A stretch of DNA of 46,719 bases, the filler included, from Jimgerdemannia flammicorona (taxonomy: Eukaryota): the NCBI GenBank assembly GCA_003990765.1. It is 2 parts of 2 records of this genome, joined end to end, with 100 filler letters (N's around TTAATTAATTAA, not from the genome) between each part and the next. Parts side by side here need not be neighbours in the genome. Positions count along the whole stretch, not along the records: positions 23,413 to 46,719 come from RBNJ01001121.1; 1 more part is not named here. One strand, written 5' to 3'. The notes under the pieces were generated by a model. That model saw nothing but the letters and a program-made list of their open reading frames with translations. It was not told the origin of the DNA and ran no database searches. Shown here piece by piece: positions 23,545 through 38,040 of the stretch. A program made the translations under genes and the position numbers. Positions within the stretch are counted from its first letter, which is position 1, and each line of letters begins with the position of its first letter.

Positions 23545-26500
23545 AGCCCACCCCTTCTTTCCACCTCACCCCCTTCTCACCAAGTACAAGATGTTCCCGA
23601 CTTCGCTGAATAATATCTAACACCTTCTTCATGGCCCCCAACTAGTGCCTCTTCCCCTGATACCACCACCCTTGCACCGCTTCTAAGAGCAACCCCTTCC
23701 ACTGCTCCACCAATTCTCCAATTCCCATCCAGGGATCCCTCTCGAACACCCATTGCCAGTGCACCGCCATCAGTATCCAGATGCCGATAATTCGACCCAG
23801 GCCTCCCCAGATGTCCCCAATTTCTCCCACCAGGTGACGCTTGATCACCCGACAAGTGGGGCCCCCTGCCCGCTCACTCTCCTCCCCCCAATAACCTTCC
23901 AATGTCTGCCAAAATCCTTCAACCTCTGGACAGGCTGCCAGAACATGCTCCGGAGTTTGCACTACTCCCCCATCCAGCTCACAACACCACTCACATTCCC
24001 TTACACCTTCTTCTACCATCCACTCTGTCCTGTACCCCATCATGATGTTCCTCCACAGAAATTGCCACCATACCACCCAGAACTTGTGTGGGGCAATCTT
24101 GAGAAGCGAGGTCCCCCAGCCCCAAACCTGACCCCACTCCCATTCTTCTCCAAACCCAGCCTTCTGCCAACCAACTGGCCACCTCTCAAGCAGACCCATC
24201 TAGATCTACTCCATCACCCCAGACAAAGAGTATTCCACCAACAGGCGGCCACCAATACAAATCACACCAAATTGCCACCATCGTCAATCCAGGTCCTCCT
24301 CCTCTTTGCTAGGTTCTGGGCCCATGAGACCCATTGCCAGCCAAGCTTCTACAATACCCCACCAAAATCTCCTATAATGTAACCTGCTAACCCTTCCAAC
24401 CTGGAGCAAACCTTGCATGTTCTTCCAAGCCTCGCTCTGGGGGCAGAACTGAACTTCCCAATTGTCCATAGCCAGTTTGCTCCAACCCTCTCCTCCTAAT
24501 TCTGCCATTTGACAACCCCACCAGCCTCGAAGTACCTTTAGCCGCCTTCTGAAGTCCACCAACCCCAGACCACCATCTGCCTTTGCCATCACCATAATTT
24601 CCCAGCTAATCTGTAATCTCCTTCCCTGCCACAGCCATCCTTTGACCACCTTCTTCAGCTTTTGAACCACCCATCCTGGAAAGTCCAGGTGGTACCCCAA
24701 GTACCACAGCTTCGGAAACCAATATACATTCAAAACGACAATTCTCCCAACCAAGGAGAAGCCCCTCCCAGACCAGCCCACCAAGGCATTCTCCCACTTC
24801 TGTATCATTCCACACCACCAGTCTTTTGGCAGCACCGTCCCATAAACTAAGAACCAGATGCCCAGATATCGAACTGCTTCCCCAGGTCTAACCAATTGTC
24901 CAAAATGTCCATGCTCCCCCAATCCAGCTCCAAGCTCCATAGTCTCGCACTTGCCCCAGTTCAGCTTCGCTCCTGCCAGCATCTCATACTGTCCTACCCC
25001 TTCCTGTAAGCTTGCCACATCTTCCACACTGTCTAACCCTACTACCATATCATCTGCAAAGGCCCCCATCTTCCAGACCATATCCCCCATTTTCAATCCA
25101 GTAAGCCTCCCCTTCAACCACGCCAACAAGGGCTCCAAAGATAAAATGTAAAGCAGGGGTGAGAGAGGATCTCCCTGTGGCACACCTCGCCCTAAGTGGA
25201 ACTCTGGGCCACTCCACCCATTCATCAACACTGCAGCCCGGCAACCTCACACCAGACCCATCAGCTTTTGAGCCTCTCCCATATCAAACCCAGCCTTCCA
25301 TAGAACTGCCTCCAAGTAGTTCCACCGCACCCTGTTGTAAGCCTTCTCCTGGTCCAAAAACACCATCCTTCCATCTACTTGCCGGCTTCAACAACCTTCT
25401 AAAACATTTTGCACCCATGCTGTACTGTCTCTAATCTGCCTCTCCTTCACAAACCCTCGCTGTTCATCACCCACCAATCGGCCAATCCATTGTTGCATTC
25501 TCCCTGCCAGAATCTTGGAGACCAACTTCCTATCCACATTCAGTAACATGATGGGTCTCCAGTTCCGCCACACATGTCTGTCTCCTTTCTCCTTATATAG
25601 TAAAGAGACTAGCCCTAAGGAGCCATTACCAATCCAGCAGCCTTCCCCCAGTGTAAAGTTCGCCATTTCCACAAGCCATTCCCCAAGCTCAGTTTGAAAC
25701 TCCTTCCAGAACTCCCAAGGCAGTCCATCTTCCCCTGGCGATGAACCAGTCTGCGCTTTCCTCAGAACCTCTAACACTTCTTCAAGGGACACCCTACCCA
25801 TTACTGCCCCACCAATTGCCGGCTCTGCCACCACTGGCCAGCTGCCAACCAAATTGTTATTGTCCTCCAGTGCTGCCTCTCCCTCTACCAGCCCTCTATC
25901 ATCCTGCTATAGGGTGCACCATCGAGCAGAAATCTCCCCAAGCATGTCTGTGATATCGGTCACCTCAGTACCATCCTCCCGCAACACGGAAGCCCAGCTG
26001 TGCCTCACCCTCCTGGCCTTCAAGATGCTGGACAAGTATTTGGTGGGTTGCTCTCCTTCTTCCAACTGCTTGGCTCGCAATCTTGCTAGCAACCCATCCA
26101 CCACCCTATCTTCTGCAGCCTTCAAATCCGACCGCAACTCTGCCACCTCCTTGATCAACAGGGAGCGCCATTCCCCTGAGGGGTTCTCTCCCTCTAAAAG
26201 TCTCAACCGCCAGTGCAGCCCCTGCTCTACTCTCCTCTCTCTGTCCTTCTGCTCCCTTCCCGCTACCTCTCCTACATCATGCCAGTATGCACCTGCCAGA
26301 TGTTTAAATTTCCCCCACCACTGTGCTATCGACTGGCCACTATTCTTCCACCATGCCACTTCCTGTCTTGCAATTTTAACAAACTGGTCCCACTCCACCT
26401 GTCTCTTGAGTAGTACCACATTCAGTTGCCATCTGCCTCCACCACCACTGGCCGCCTGGAATCTCCCACACACCTCTACACCCCAGTGATCTGACCAGTG

Positions 26501-27178
26501 ACACCACCATACCTTAGTTGAATCCAAAACATTACCCCAGCATTCTGCCACCAGAACCCAGTCAATCCTTATACCAACCAAATCCTCACCAACCGGATGC
26601 CACCTAGTAAATGGCCCTGACTTCTCACCTTGACATTATTGTACTCCATCAACCAATTCCATTTCCTTCTCAACTTGCAGCCATCATGAGAGCCCTGTAG
26701 AAACCACCATGCTGACTCCACCATCAGACCTATCTAATGTCCTGTCATGAACCATGTTGAAGTCTCCTCCCAAAATGTCCAGCCCAATCTCCTCTCGGCC
26801 TTCCCAATTCAGCCAACCTTCCACCCATTGGTTTTGCTCTCTGCCAACCGCTGGCAGATATACTGAGCCAACTACAAGCCCATTGCCTGCTCCTCCTTTC
26901 AGTCTCCCCCAGACCAATCGATCACCATACCTCTCGACCTCCATCAACTCTCCTCTCCCCAGGCCAACCAGAACGCCCACCTGCTCATTCCACCCTATGC
27001 TACCATACCATTCCTTGCTCCACTCCTCATAATCTTGCTCCCCATAGGCCCGAACGTCCCGCAGAAATATCAAATCATACCTCCTGTTCTTCAGCCACTG
27101 AAACAAACGCCTTCGCTTCACTCCATCACGCAAACCATTGATATTGAGAGATAATATATGTAGACTGTTCATCATCAT
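23545..27178 (-). pseudogene. LINE B1 ORF2 (APE-RT-Cys/His motif), several stops
   Basis: SLNINGLRD, GGDFN, RIDW, WSDH (APE); SSPGEDG, NWRPIMLLNVDRK, EQRGF, PQGDPLSP, FADD, YLG (RT); CEWC...EHVLAAC. Confidence 0.93.
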
Positions 27179-27190
27179 GAATGTAAATGT

Positions 27191-29035
27191 TTAAATTTCC
27201 ACCTGATTCACCGCCACCTTCTCAGCCCTACTGCAAATAATAGCCTTCCGTTCCTCACAGATACCTCTCCAGATGCATGCTCCATTCACCCCATTGCAAA
27301 AGACTGCCACTCGCTCAGATGCCACCTTCCTGATTTCAGCCATACAGTTCTCATCAATCTCATATTCTTCATCATCCAAAAGGGCCACCACTATTGCTGT
27401 CACCAACTTCAGCCCCTGCAATGCCACGTTGAGAAACCCTTCCCAGGCCTCCTGCGATCTATTAAACACATCCACTTCCTTGATATCCTCCTCCGCGAGT
27501 TCCTCGAGCACTGCCTGATACCAGTCATCTGCTGTCATCACCATGGGCCCTGGGGTGGCAGGCCTTGGAGTCCTGCTCAGCTCCTGCAGCATCTCTCAAT
27601 CTGTCGACACATCAGAAGCCACATCTACCAGATCGTCCTCCTCAGTGCCCTTCTCCAGCTGAACCACTTCGCCTGCCTCTGGGCATTCCCAATGCACATT
27701 CACCACTCCCGCCATGCGAACATCCTCCAACTGGGTCTCTGGTACCATCTTGACAACCTCCTCAAAGCCCCCAGTAGTTGCCTCCTCCTTATCTGCCCAC
27801 TTCCCTGTCACTGGTGCATGAGTAGAATCCGCCACACCCCCTAGTTGTGCAAAGGACACTTCAGCCATCTCCACCTCTTCCATTTGATTTTTGGCCATCT
27901 CCACCTTTTCCTCCTCCTCCCTTTTCAAGCCCTGGAGGACTGTCTGCAGATGCTCCCAGTTTGCCCTTCACCACCTCTTCCTCTTCCCATTGGTCGGAAT
28001 CCAGATCCAATCCTTGGCAAACTCCTCCCATTTCCTCTTCCGCAATTCCTTCACAGCCTCTCTCTCCTCTAGGGCAACTAGCAATTCCTCCTCCTCCTGT
28101 TCCGAGCCCTTCCTTCTCCACACTTTGCACTCCTGCCCTCCAATGTGAACTACTTCTGACCAGTCTCTCTCTTGCCCCATGGCCTCCTTGCCTTCCAGCT
28201 TCACCATCACCTCGCAGTTGCCATTCCTCAACTTGGTCCCCTCCCAAGACATAAACCCGAAGTCAACCTTCTCACCAAATGCCCCTAGTGCCTCTGCCAC
28301 CATTTCTTTGGTCTCCTGTCTCCCCAGTATCAGCAGCCCTTCAATCACCAGTTGCACTGCCTGCAGGTCCCACCTCAGGCACCTCGCCATGCCAACCTTG
28401 ATGCTCTTGATGACCAGCCCTTTCTCCAAGGCCTTCACCATCTCCTCCTCCTTGACGAATCCTATCTCAACTGCCTCAGCTGATGGGATGAACTTCAGCA
28501 ACTCCACCCCTGCAATCTCCTCTCCAACTAGCCACAAGACCTCCCTCGCCGACATCCCCAGCCTCAAAAAATTCACTGATATGGCCCACGTCGACACCGA
28601 TTTGTGGAAGAAGGGACGCACCACCAGTTCACTAGATCCAGCTGCCATCATTGCCTTCTTCTTGTTCTCTGATACTCCAGCAGTCACCCCAGCCACCGGC
28701 CCAGCCCCAGGAATACCAGTCCCAGCCACACTACTTCCGGACCCCTGGCCCCTAGCAGGCATCTGACCAGTCACCTGACCCATCACCTGGCCGGTCACCT
28801 GACTCCTCCCCCTGTCAACACTACCCCCCCCCTGCCCTACCCCCATAGGCCTAGTAGCCACCCTCCTGCCCCCCATCACTGTGTGCCAACTCATAATGCC
28901 AGCCTGCCTCCCCTGACCACCTACTCCTCCTGCCCCTACACCTGCTCCAACTGTCACCGCGAAACTCTTGGGGAGACCCAGACCAGGCCTCCTTCTCTCT
29001 AAACGCTCAGAGCTTGATGAACCCTGGGTCGCTAT
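27191..29035 (-). pseudogene. LINE B1 ORF1, start mutated to ATA, broken
   Basis: ATA at 29035 is in frame with ORF 27968-28957. It continues in pieces 27596-27928 and 27191-27592 and ends 12 nt before ORF2. Confidence 0.85.
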
Positions 29036-29203
29036 TTGACGAAAACTCCACCAAAATAGACGAGACTTATTGTATGCTGTAGCTAGACTCCTGCCGCACC
29101 TTGTACACCAGAATAGATGACAGGAAAACTTGAAAATGTGTTGCTTATCATGAAAAGATGTCTGTGTGGCTTAGCTTGCTCTGAATGGTTCGAGCAAAAA
29201 GCT

Positions 29204-32200
29204 CTCCCATCCAGCTCACAACACCACTCACATTTCTTTACACCTTCTTCCACCATCCACCCTATCCTGTACCCCAGCATAATGTTCCTCCGCAGAAATT
29301 GCCACCATACCACCCAGAACTTGGGCGGGGCAATCTTGAGTAGCGAGGTCCCCCAACCCCAAACCCGGCCCCACTCCCATTCTTCTCCAAACCCAGCCTT
29401 CTGCCATCCAACCAGCTACCTCTCAAGTGGACCCATCCGGATCCACTCCATTGCCCCAGACAAAGAGTATTCCACCAATGGGTGGCCGCCAATACGAATC
29501 ACACCAAATTGCCACCATCACCATTCTGAGTCCTCCTCTTCTTCACCAGGTTCTGGGCCCATGAGTCCCATCGCTAACCAAGCTTCTACAATACCCCACC
29601 AGAACCCCCTATAACACAACCTGCCAACCCTTCCAACCTGGAGCAAACCCCACATGTCCTTTCGAACCTCACTCTGGGGGCAGAATCTATCTTCCCAGTT
29701 GTCCATAGCCAGTTTGCTCCAACCCTCCCCTCCTAATTCTGCCATTCGACAACCCCACCAGCCTCGAAGTACCCTCAGCCGCCTTCTGAAGTCCACCAGC
29801 CCCAGACCTCCATCTGCCTTTGGCATCACCATAATTTCCCAGCTAATCTGTGATCTCCTTCCCTGCCACAACCATCCTTCAACCACCTTCTTCAATTTCT
29901 GTACCACCCATCCTGGAAAGTCCAGGTGGTACCCCAAGTACCACAGCTTCGGTAACCAATATACATTTAAAACTACAATTCTCCCAACTAAGGAGAAGCC
30001 CCTCCCAGACCAGCCCACCAAGGCATTCTCCCACTTCTGTATCAATCCACACTACCACTCTTTCAGCAGCACCATCCCATAGACTGAAAACCAGATACCC
30101 AGATAACAAACTGCTTTCCCAGGACTAACTAATTGTCCAAAATGTCCATGCTCCCCCAAACTAGCTCCAAGCTCCATAGTCTCACACTTGCCCCAGTTCA
30201 GCTTCACTCCTGCCAGCATCTCATACTGTCCTACCCCTTCCTGCAAGCTCGCCACATCTTCCACACTGCCTAACCCTACTACCATATCATCTGCAAAAGC
30301 CCCCAACTTCCAGACCACATCCCCCATCTTCAATCTGATAAGCCTCCCCTTCAACCATGCCAATAAGGGCTCCAAAGATAAAATGTAAAGCAGGGGTGAG
30401 AGAGGATCCCCTTGTGGCACACCTTGCCCTAAGAGGAACTCTGGGCCACTCCACCCATTCATCAACACTGTAGCCCAGCAACCTTGCACCAGACCCATCA
30501 GCTTTCGAGCCTCCCCTATGCCAAACCCGGCCTTCCATAGAACCGCCTCCAAGTAGTTCCACTGCACCCTGTTATAAGCCTTTTTCTGGTCCAAGAACAC
30601 CATCCTTCCATCTACTTGCCAGCTTCGACAACCTTCCAAAACATTTTGCACCCATGCTGTGCTGTCTCTAATCTGTCTCCTCTTCACAAACCCTTGCTGT
30701 CTATCACCCACCAATCAGCCAATCCATTGTTGCATTCTCTCTGCCAGAATCTTGGAGACCAACTTCCTATCCACATTCAGTAACATGATGGGCCTCCAGT
30801 TCCGCCACACCCATCTGTCCCCTTTCTCCTTATAGAGCAGAGAGACCAGCCCTAAGGAGCTATTGCCAATCCAGCAGCCTTCCCCAGTGTAAAGTTCGCT
30901 ATTTCTATGAGCCATGCCCCAAGCTCAGTTTGAAACTCCTTCCAGAACTCCCAAGACAGTCCATCCTCCCCTGGTGATGAACCAGTCTGTGCTTTCCTCA
31001 GAACCTCCAATACTTCTTCAAGGGACACCCTACCCATTACTGCCCCACCAATTGCTGGCTCTGCCACCACTGGCCAGCTGCCAACTAAATTGTTATTGTC
31101 CTCCAGTGCTGCCTCTCCCTCCACCAGCCCTCCATCATCCTGCCATAGGGTGCACCATCAACCAGAAACCTCCCCAAGCATATCTGTGATATCAGTCACC
31201 TCAGTTCCATCCTCTCGCAGCACCAAAGCCCAGCTGTGCCACACCCTCCTAGCCTTCAAGATGCTGGACAAGTATTTGGTGGGTCACTCTCCTTCTTCCA
31301 ACCGCTTGGCTCGCAATCTAGCCAGCAACCCATCCACCACCCTATCTTCTGCAGTCTTCAAATCCGACCACAACTCTGCCACCTCCTTGATCAACAGAGA
31401 GCATCGTACCCCTAAGGAGTTCTCTCCCTCTAAAAGTCTCAGCCGCCAGTGCAGCCCCTGCTCTACTCTCCTCTCTCTATCCTTCTGCTCCCTTCCAACT
31501 ACCTCTCCTACATCATGCCAATATGTACCTACCAGATGTTTAAATTTCCCCCACCACTGTGCTATTGACTGGCCACTGTCCTTCCACCATGCCACTTCCT
31601 GTCTTGCGATTTTAACAAACTGGTCCCACTCCACTTGTCTCTTAAGCAGTGCCACATTAAGTCGCCATCTGCCTCTACCACCACTGGCCACTTGGAATCT
31701 CCCACACACCTCTACACCCCAGTGATCTGACCAGGGACACCACCACACCTCTGTTGAATCCAAAACATTACCCCAGTGTTCTGCCACCAAGATCCAGTCA
31801 ATCCTTGTGCAAACCAAATTCTCACCAACCAGATGACACCTAGTAAATGGCCCTGACTTCTCACCCTTACATTGTCATACTCCATCAACCAATTCCATCT
31901 CCCTCTCAACTTGAAGCCATCGCATGAGCCCTATAGAAACTGCCATGCTGACTCTACCATCAGACCTATCTAGTATCCTGTCATGAACCATATTGAAGTC
32001 TCCTCCCAAAATGTCCAGCCCAATCTCCTCTCAGCCTTCCCAGTCCAGCCAACCTTCCACCCATTGGTTTCGCTCTCTGCCAACTGCTGGCAGATACACA
32101 GAGCCAACTACAAGCCCATCACCTGTTCCTCCTTTCAGCCTCCCCCAGACCAATTGATCACCATACACCTCGACCTCCTTCAGCTCTCCTCTCTCCAAGC

Positions 32201-33358
32201 CAACCAGGATGCCCACCTGCTCATTCCACCCTGTACTACCATACCATTTCTTGCTCCACTCCTCATAATCTTGCTCCCCATAGGCCCAAACATCTTGCAG
32301 AAATATCAAGTCATACCTCCTGTTCTTCAACCACCGAAATAAATGCCTGTGCTTCACTCCATCACGCAAACCATTGACATTTAGTGATAATATATGTAGA
32401 CTATTCATCATCATTAATATAAATGTTTAAATTTCCACCGGATTTGCCACCACCTTCTCAGCCCTACCACAAATAATAGCCTTCTGTTCCTCGCAGATAT
32501 CTCTCCAGATACAAGCTCCATTCACACTACTGCAAAAGACCACCACTCACTCTGATGCTACCTTCCTAATGTCAGCCATACGGTCCTCATCAACCTCATA
32601 TCCTTCATCATCCAGAAGCACCGCTACCATCGCTGTCACCAACTTTAGCCCTTGTATTGCCACATTGAGAAACCCTTCCCAGGCCTCCTGTGATCCATTA
32701 AACACATCCACTTCCTTGATATCCTCCTCCGCAAGCTCCTTGAGCACTGCCTGATACCAGTCATCTGCCGTCATCACCATGGGCCCAGGGGTGGCAGGCC
32801 TCGGGGTCCTACTCAGCTCTTACAGCATCTCTCTATCCGCCAACACATCAGAAGCCACATCCACCAGATCATCCTCCTCAGTGCCCTTCTCCAGCTGAAC
32901 CACTTTGCCTGCCTCTGGGCATTCCCAATGCACATTTGCTGCTCCCACCATGCGAAAATCCTCCAACTGGGTCTCTGGTACTACCTTGACAACCTCCTCA
33001 AAGCCCCCTGTGGTTGCCTCCTCCTTATCAGCCCACTTCCCTGCTACTGGTACATGAGTGGAATTCTCCACACCCCCTAGTTGCGAAAAGGACACCTCAG
33101 CCATCTCCACCTCTTCTATCTGACTTTTGGCCATCTTGGCTTTTTCCTCCTCCTCCCTTTTCAAGCCCTGGAGGACTGTCTGCAGGTGCTCCCAGTTTGC
33201 CCTACGTCACCTCTTCCTCTTCCCATCAGTTGGAATCCAGATCCAATCTTTGGCAAACTCCTCCCATTTCCTCTTCCTCAATTCCTTTGCAGCCTCTCTC
33301 TCCTCTAGGGCGACTAGCAATTCCTCCTCCTCCTGTTCAGAGCCCTTCTTTCTCCACA
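29204..33358 (-). mobile_element. LINE family B, copy B2: 5'-truncated within ORF1, 3' part displaced by B1
   Basis: Closely similar, colinear copy of ~23965-28123 (ORF2 from 32414, ORF1 tail 32427-33358). It abuts the chromovirus at ~33360. Confidence 0.92.
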
Positions 33359-34609
33359 TCAGACCCCAGAACCAACTTAGATATCTATATAGAGGTTTGA
33401 TTTATCTACTCTTACAGGACTTTTTAATCTAATCTCTTGGAATTAAGTAACCCCAAGTCACTCTGTACCACAACTTCATCAGACTGAACAGTTTGTAGGA
33501 GAATTTACCCCTATAGACCCACTACCAGCAGTCAACACAATGATAGATATATATCAAAATTCAGACCCTAACTGTCCAACTAGCCATACTAGCAGAAATA
33601 GTAGAACAAATTACTAAACAAAACAAACTAACCAAGATCTTGAAAATCTCTATTTTTAGTAGAAAGAATAGTAATATCGAAATATTCATTGATGCAGTAG
33701 ATACAGGATACTGAGCAAATCAATGGAATAATAACTGAGTATCTACAGAAATACTTACCAATAACAGAGATAATACTCTTCAATAGTTATTTGCTATATT
33801 AGTAGTATAAGTAGAAACAGTAGCAATATTCTTCACTGAAATAGTAGCTAAGTTCTAGCATACTCTAGAGAAACACCCAGTAACCTAGGAAGGCCACCCT
33901 TAAGTTAATAGACAAGTAGCTGGCTAAGCCAGATCAGGTTAGAATAACTACATAATAGGTTCAGGACTTAAGACTCTACTACTGATCAAATTTAGAAATA
34001 TAGCCTATATATAAGAAACTTAGAATAAACTAGCCCAGATGAAGTTCTACAAGAATAGTAAGAAGGACCTAGAAATCTTTACTATCAAAATAAATATCTA
34101 CCTCAAAACCATGAGACTTATTTACTAGGAAAAAAATTTGACCATCAATAGTATCAAGGTCAACCATCTCTTTATAGTCCTATCAGACTGACTCACCTAG
34201 AAGATTAAAGAACAAGGTCTCTCCCAAGGATATCTCCACTACTTATAGTACTTTACCTAGATACAAAGTTGAGTATATGAAATTCTTACTGTATAGGTCC
34301 TATAAAATTCAGAATATAAGAAGAATAACTAAGATAGAAAAAGTTCTCCCAGAAAAAATGACCAAAGAAATGACTAGAGAAATCAACAAAATCTCAAAGG
34401 ATCCAGGCCCCTCAATGAGGATGAAAAGAAGCAGCTTTATAAAAAAAAATTATGCTTATTTGTAAGAAAGCAGAACATATCTCCTTCAGATGCTCTGAAA
34501 AGAGAAACAGATCAGATGAATCCAATAACCAGAACATTACTATTATTAGAAAAGGACTATAAAAAAAGAATTCTAAGAATATTATCAAAGTATAGAAAAT
34601 ATGATATAT

Positions 34610-35003
34610 ATAAGATTACTATCTCTACTAAGACCCACTTTACTGATATAGAATATAATCTCTACAGTAGCCAGAATCTCACTATTCCACTAAGTACTAA
34701 TGCTATAGTGTATACTGAAATTATAATACAAGCTCCCAAAGGAACATATATATACTTTGCTAAACAAAGCAGTCTGGTCAAAGAATTCAATATTGGGCTA
34801 AGAGGAGGAGTGGTTGACTAAGGTTTTATTAGTAAAATCTATGTTATTTTGTGAAATTTTGGAGATACTACATTTGAAGTCAAAGTAGGCCAAAGGATTG
34901 CTCAGACAATTATTGAAGAAATTCATCAAGATCTCACTATTGAAGAAGTTCCCAAGCTCTCTCAGACAGACTGTAGCAAGAAAGAGTTTAGATCAACCAA
35001 TAA
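34610..35003 (+). pseudogene. dut: Trimeric dUTPase domain within the Gypsy polyprotein
   Basis: All five motifs in one frame, in decayed form: TDIEYNLYS (AGYDL), KQSSL (RSSL), GGVVD*GF (GVVDxxY/F), GQRIAQ, TDCSKKEFRST (RGxxGFGST). Confidence 0.9.
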
Positions 35004-37880
35004 ACTCCCTAGTCAAAAGATTACCACTATGAAGGAAGATGATGAAAACTGATACAAGAGAATGGTAGATAGTTATGCACTATATAGACAATACTTTTAT
35101 TCTATTCAAATATACTATATGAAACATATTGATAAATGCCATACATGTCTCTCCAAGGATTTCAAAATCTAATCCAAAAGATACTAAGCCCAATAGACTG
35201 AGAAATCCAAACCAGACCACCCTTCTTGTAAAGAATGGAGAGAGACTAACTTCAAGCAGACTGACAGCAATTGGGATAATGATATAAAGAACTCAACATC
35301 ATTAAGAAAGAGGACAGTTGCATCAAGTTTACAGGCTAAGTTTATAGATAGAATGTCAATATCTTACTAGATAGTAATACTACTGAAAACTATATTAGCA
35401 CTAAGACTACCAAGAGGATTAAAGCCTAAAGCTGACCAGCTACTGGGAAAAGATATATTACCTTTGGTAATAGTAAGACTGCTCCTTTGACCAAAATCTG
35501 TAAAGACTTATTACTTAAGATTGAAAAATACTAAGAGAAGTTGGATTTCAGTATCATAGATCTTTCAGAATAAGATATTATCTTAAGAAAGGCCTGGTTG
35601 ACCTAGTATAATTCAGATATCAATTGGAGGACACCTAACTCATAAAGGTAGAAAGATCACTCTGATATCTCAAAATGCAATTCAGATGAAGAAACTCTCT
35701 TATAAAAAAGAAAACACATACTTCATCTGTATAGTACAAAAAGTCACTGAAACTCTAAGTAACTCAGTTCTATCAGAAGCTCAAGAACTATTTGAGAAAT
35801 TCTAAGATACATATATATTGATAATATACCTATAGTGAAACAGTAGAACTATACTACACCTACCTCAGACAGGTACTGACTCTTCTGTGAGAATACCAGC
35901 TCTATGCTAAGATGAGTAAGTACAAGTTCTATTAAGATCAGATTAAGTATCTAGGATATATCATCTCTACTAAAGATATCAATATGGACCTTCAAAAGAT
36001 ATCAGCTCTCTAAAATATTCCCATCTCCACTATCTTCAAGTTACTCTAGTACTTTCTGAATATTGTAGATTACTATCAAAGGTTTATTCAAAGATACTCT
36101 GCTATTACAGTCCCACTGATCAGTCTGACCTACAAAGGAGTAAACATTAAAACTGAATAGACCTCTAAGTATATTCAGATCATGGACCATCTCAAGAGAC
36201 TTCTTACTAAGACCCCTGTGCTAATTGTATCTGATGCTACTAGGCTATTTACTCTGACCACAGATGTCTCTGATATTGTCATTGGGGTAGTACTTAGTCA
36301 GAAAGATTGTCTAGTGGTCTATCTCTCCCAAAAGCTTAAGCCAGCTGAGATCTAATATACTATCTATGAGAAAAAACTTCTGGCCATTATTACTATACTC
36401 TAGGAGTAGTGCTATTTCCTCTTAGAACAACCATTCATGACCTATACTAATCACTATGCCTTATAGTATATTTATATATAGCTTATACTGATCTATAGAT
36501 AAGTCCATTGGATGGAAATCATTACTAACTTTAATATGGAAATCAAGTATATTTCAGACAAAACCAACTATATGGCTGATGATTTCTCCAGATATATAAA
36601 AGATAAACTTGTCTTCATAGTTAAGATAATTCAAGAATAGCTACCAACAAGATAGCTCTCTGGTGAAATTTCTTCAATTCTGTTAAGATCCTGAGGCTGA
36701 GGTCTCAGAATCTATAAGACAAATATTCAAAAGATTTACTTACTATAATGGACTTATCTATAGGGACTATGACCAAGTAGTTATACTCAATAATGATACT
36801 CTGTGACTCAAGATAATGTAGGAACTCTATAACACTCCTACAGTAAAATATTTTGGTTTTGAAAAGACCTACAATCTCCTCTCAAGAGAGTTCTACTGAC
36901 TAAAAATGACCAAGGACATCAAAGATTTCATGGTCTCATGTGAGATATATCAGAAATTCAAAAGTAATAATAAGCTATCAGTAGGACTTCTGCACCCTCT
37001 GCTCATCCCTAGCTATAACTGAGATCAGATTGCAATAGACTTCATTGTTCAGCTTCTTAAGACCAAGGCAGAATGAGATATCATTATAGTATTCATAGAC
37101 TACCTAAGCAGATAAGCCCATTTTGCACCCACTAAGACCACTGCTATAGCTTCTGAGATTGCTGAGATTTTTCTCAACCAAGTCTTCAGACTATATAATA
37201 TATCTAGTACCATCATATCTAACCATGATACCAAGTTCACAAGCAACTTCTAGAAGGCATTTTTCTCCCTCTATGATACCAAACTGAAATTCTCTACTGT
37301 CTACTACTCCTAGACTAATAGTCAGACTGAATGAACTAATAGAAATCTCAAGCAGATGCTCAGTATTTTCTATTGTTACAAGTAAAATAATTGAGACAAG
37401 TATCTGGCCTATACCAGGTTTACCTATAATAATAGTAAGTAAATCTCTATGAAGAAAACTCAGAACCCTAAGTACTGCTGCAAAATCAGTAGTCTCTACA
37501 GCCCAAATTTGGCTGAGACTATTTTTGATCTTATATAAATGATAAGAGATATCCTTATAGAAGTTCAAGACTATCAGACCAAGTATACCAACTTGAAGTA
37601 AAGGAAAGTCTCTTATAATATTACTAAATGGTTATGCTTAGAACAGACCATCTCTACCCAAATACTTTAGTTCAGCAACTATCTAAGAAACTCTATACCA
37701 GAAGAATTGGACTATATAAATTGTAAAAAAAGTCAGTCAAGTCAACTATAAGCTGCAACTCCTCTATAATATTTGAGTTTATCTAGTATTCTATATCAGT
37801 CAACTGGTAGACTATTTTGTGAATCTATTCTCTAAGCATACAGTTCCACCACTATCTCTAATTAGGATCAGTAATTATAA

Positions 37881-38040
37881 GAAATTCAAAATTGAGAAAG
37901 TACTTGACCACAAGATCCACAAATATGCTAAAATAGTCAAGCAGTTCTTTTTCATTAAGTAAAAGAGTTACCCCATCCATAATACTATCTGAAAAAAAGA
38001 AGAAGTACTGGAGAATATATATAAAACTCTTCAGAACTAT
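37881..38040 (+). pseudogene. Chromodomain at the integrase C-terminus
   Basis: EFKIEKVLDHK...FFIK*KSYPIHNTI*KKEEVLEN matches (Y/F)EVEKILD...Y(L/F)VKWKGY...TWE, with Trp codons mutated to stops. Confidence 0.85.

Larger units (their letters stand above)
23413..29203 (-). mobile_element. Full-length L1/Tx1-type LINE family B, copy B1 (least decayed), apparently inserted into B2
   Basis: ~170-bp 5' UTR, ORF1, ORF2, and a 3' terminus AATAAAAGAGTCCAAGTGACTATAA at the gap edge. Its 5' end abuts the zinc-finger region of B2. Confidence 0.92.
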
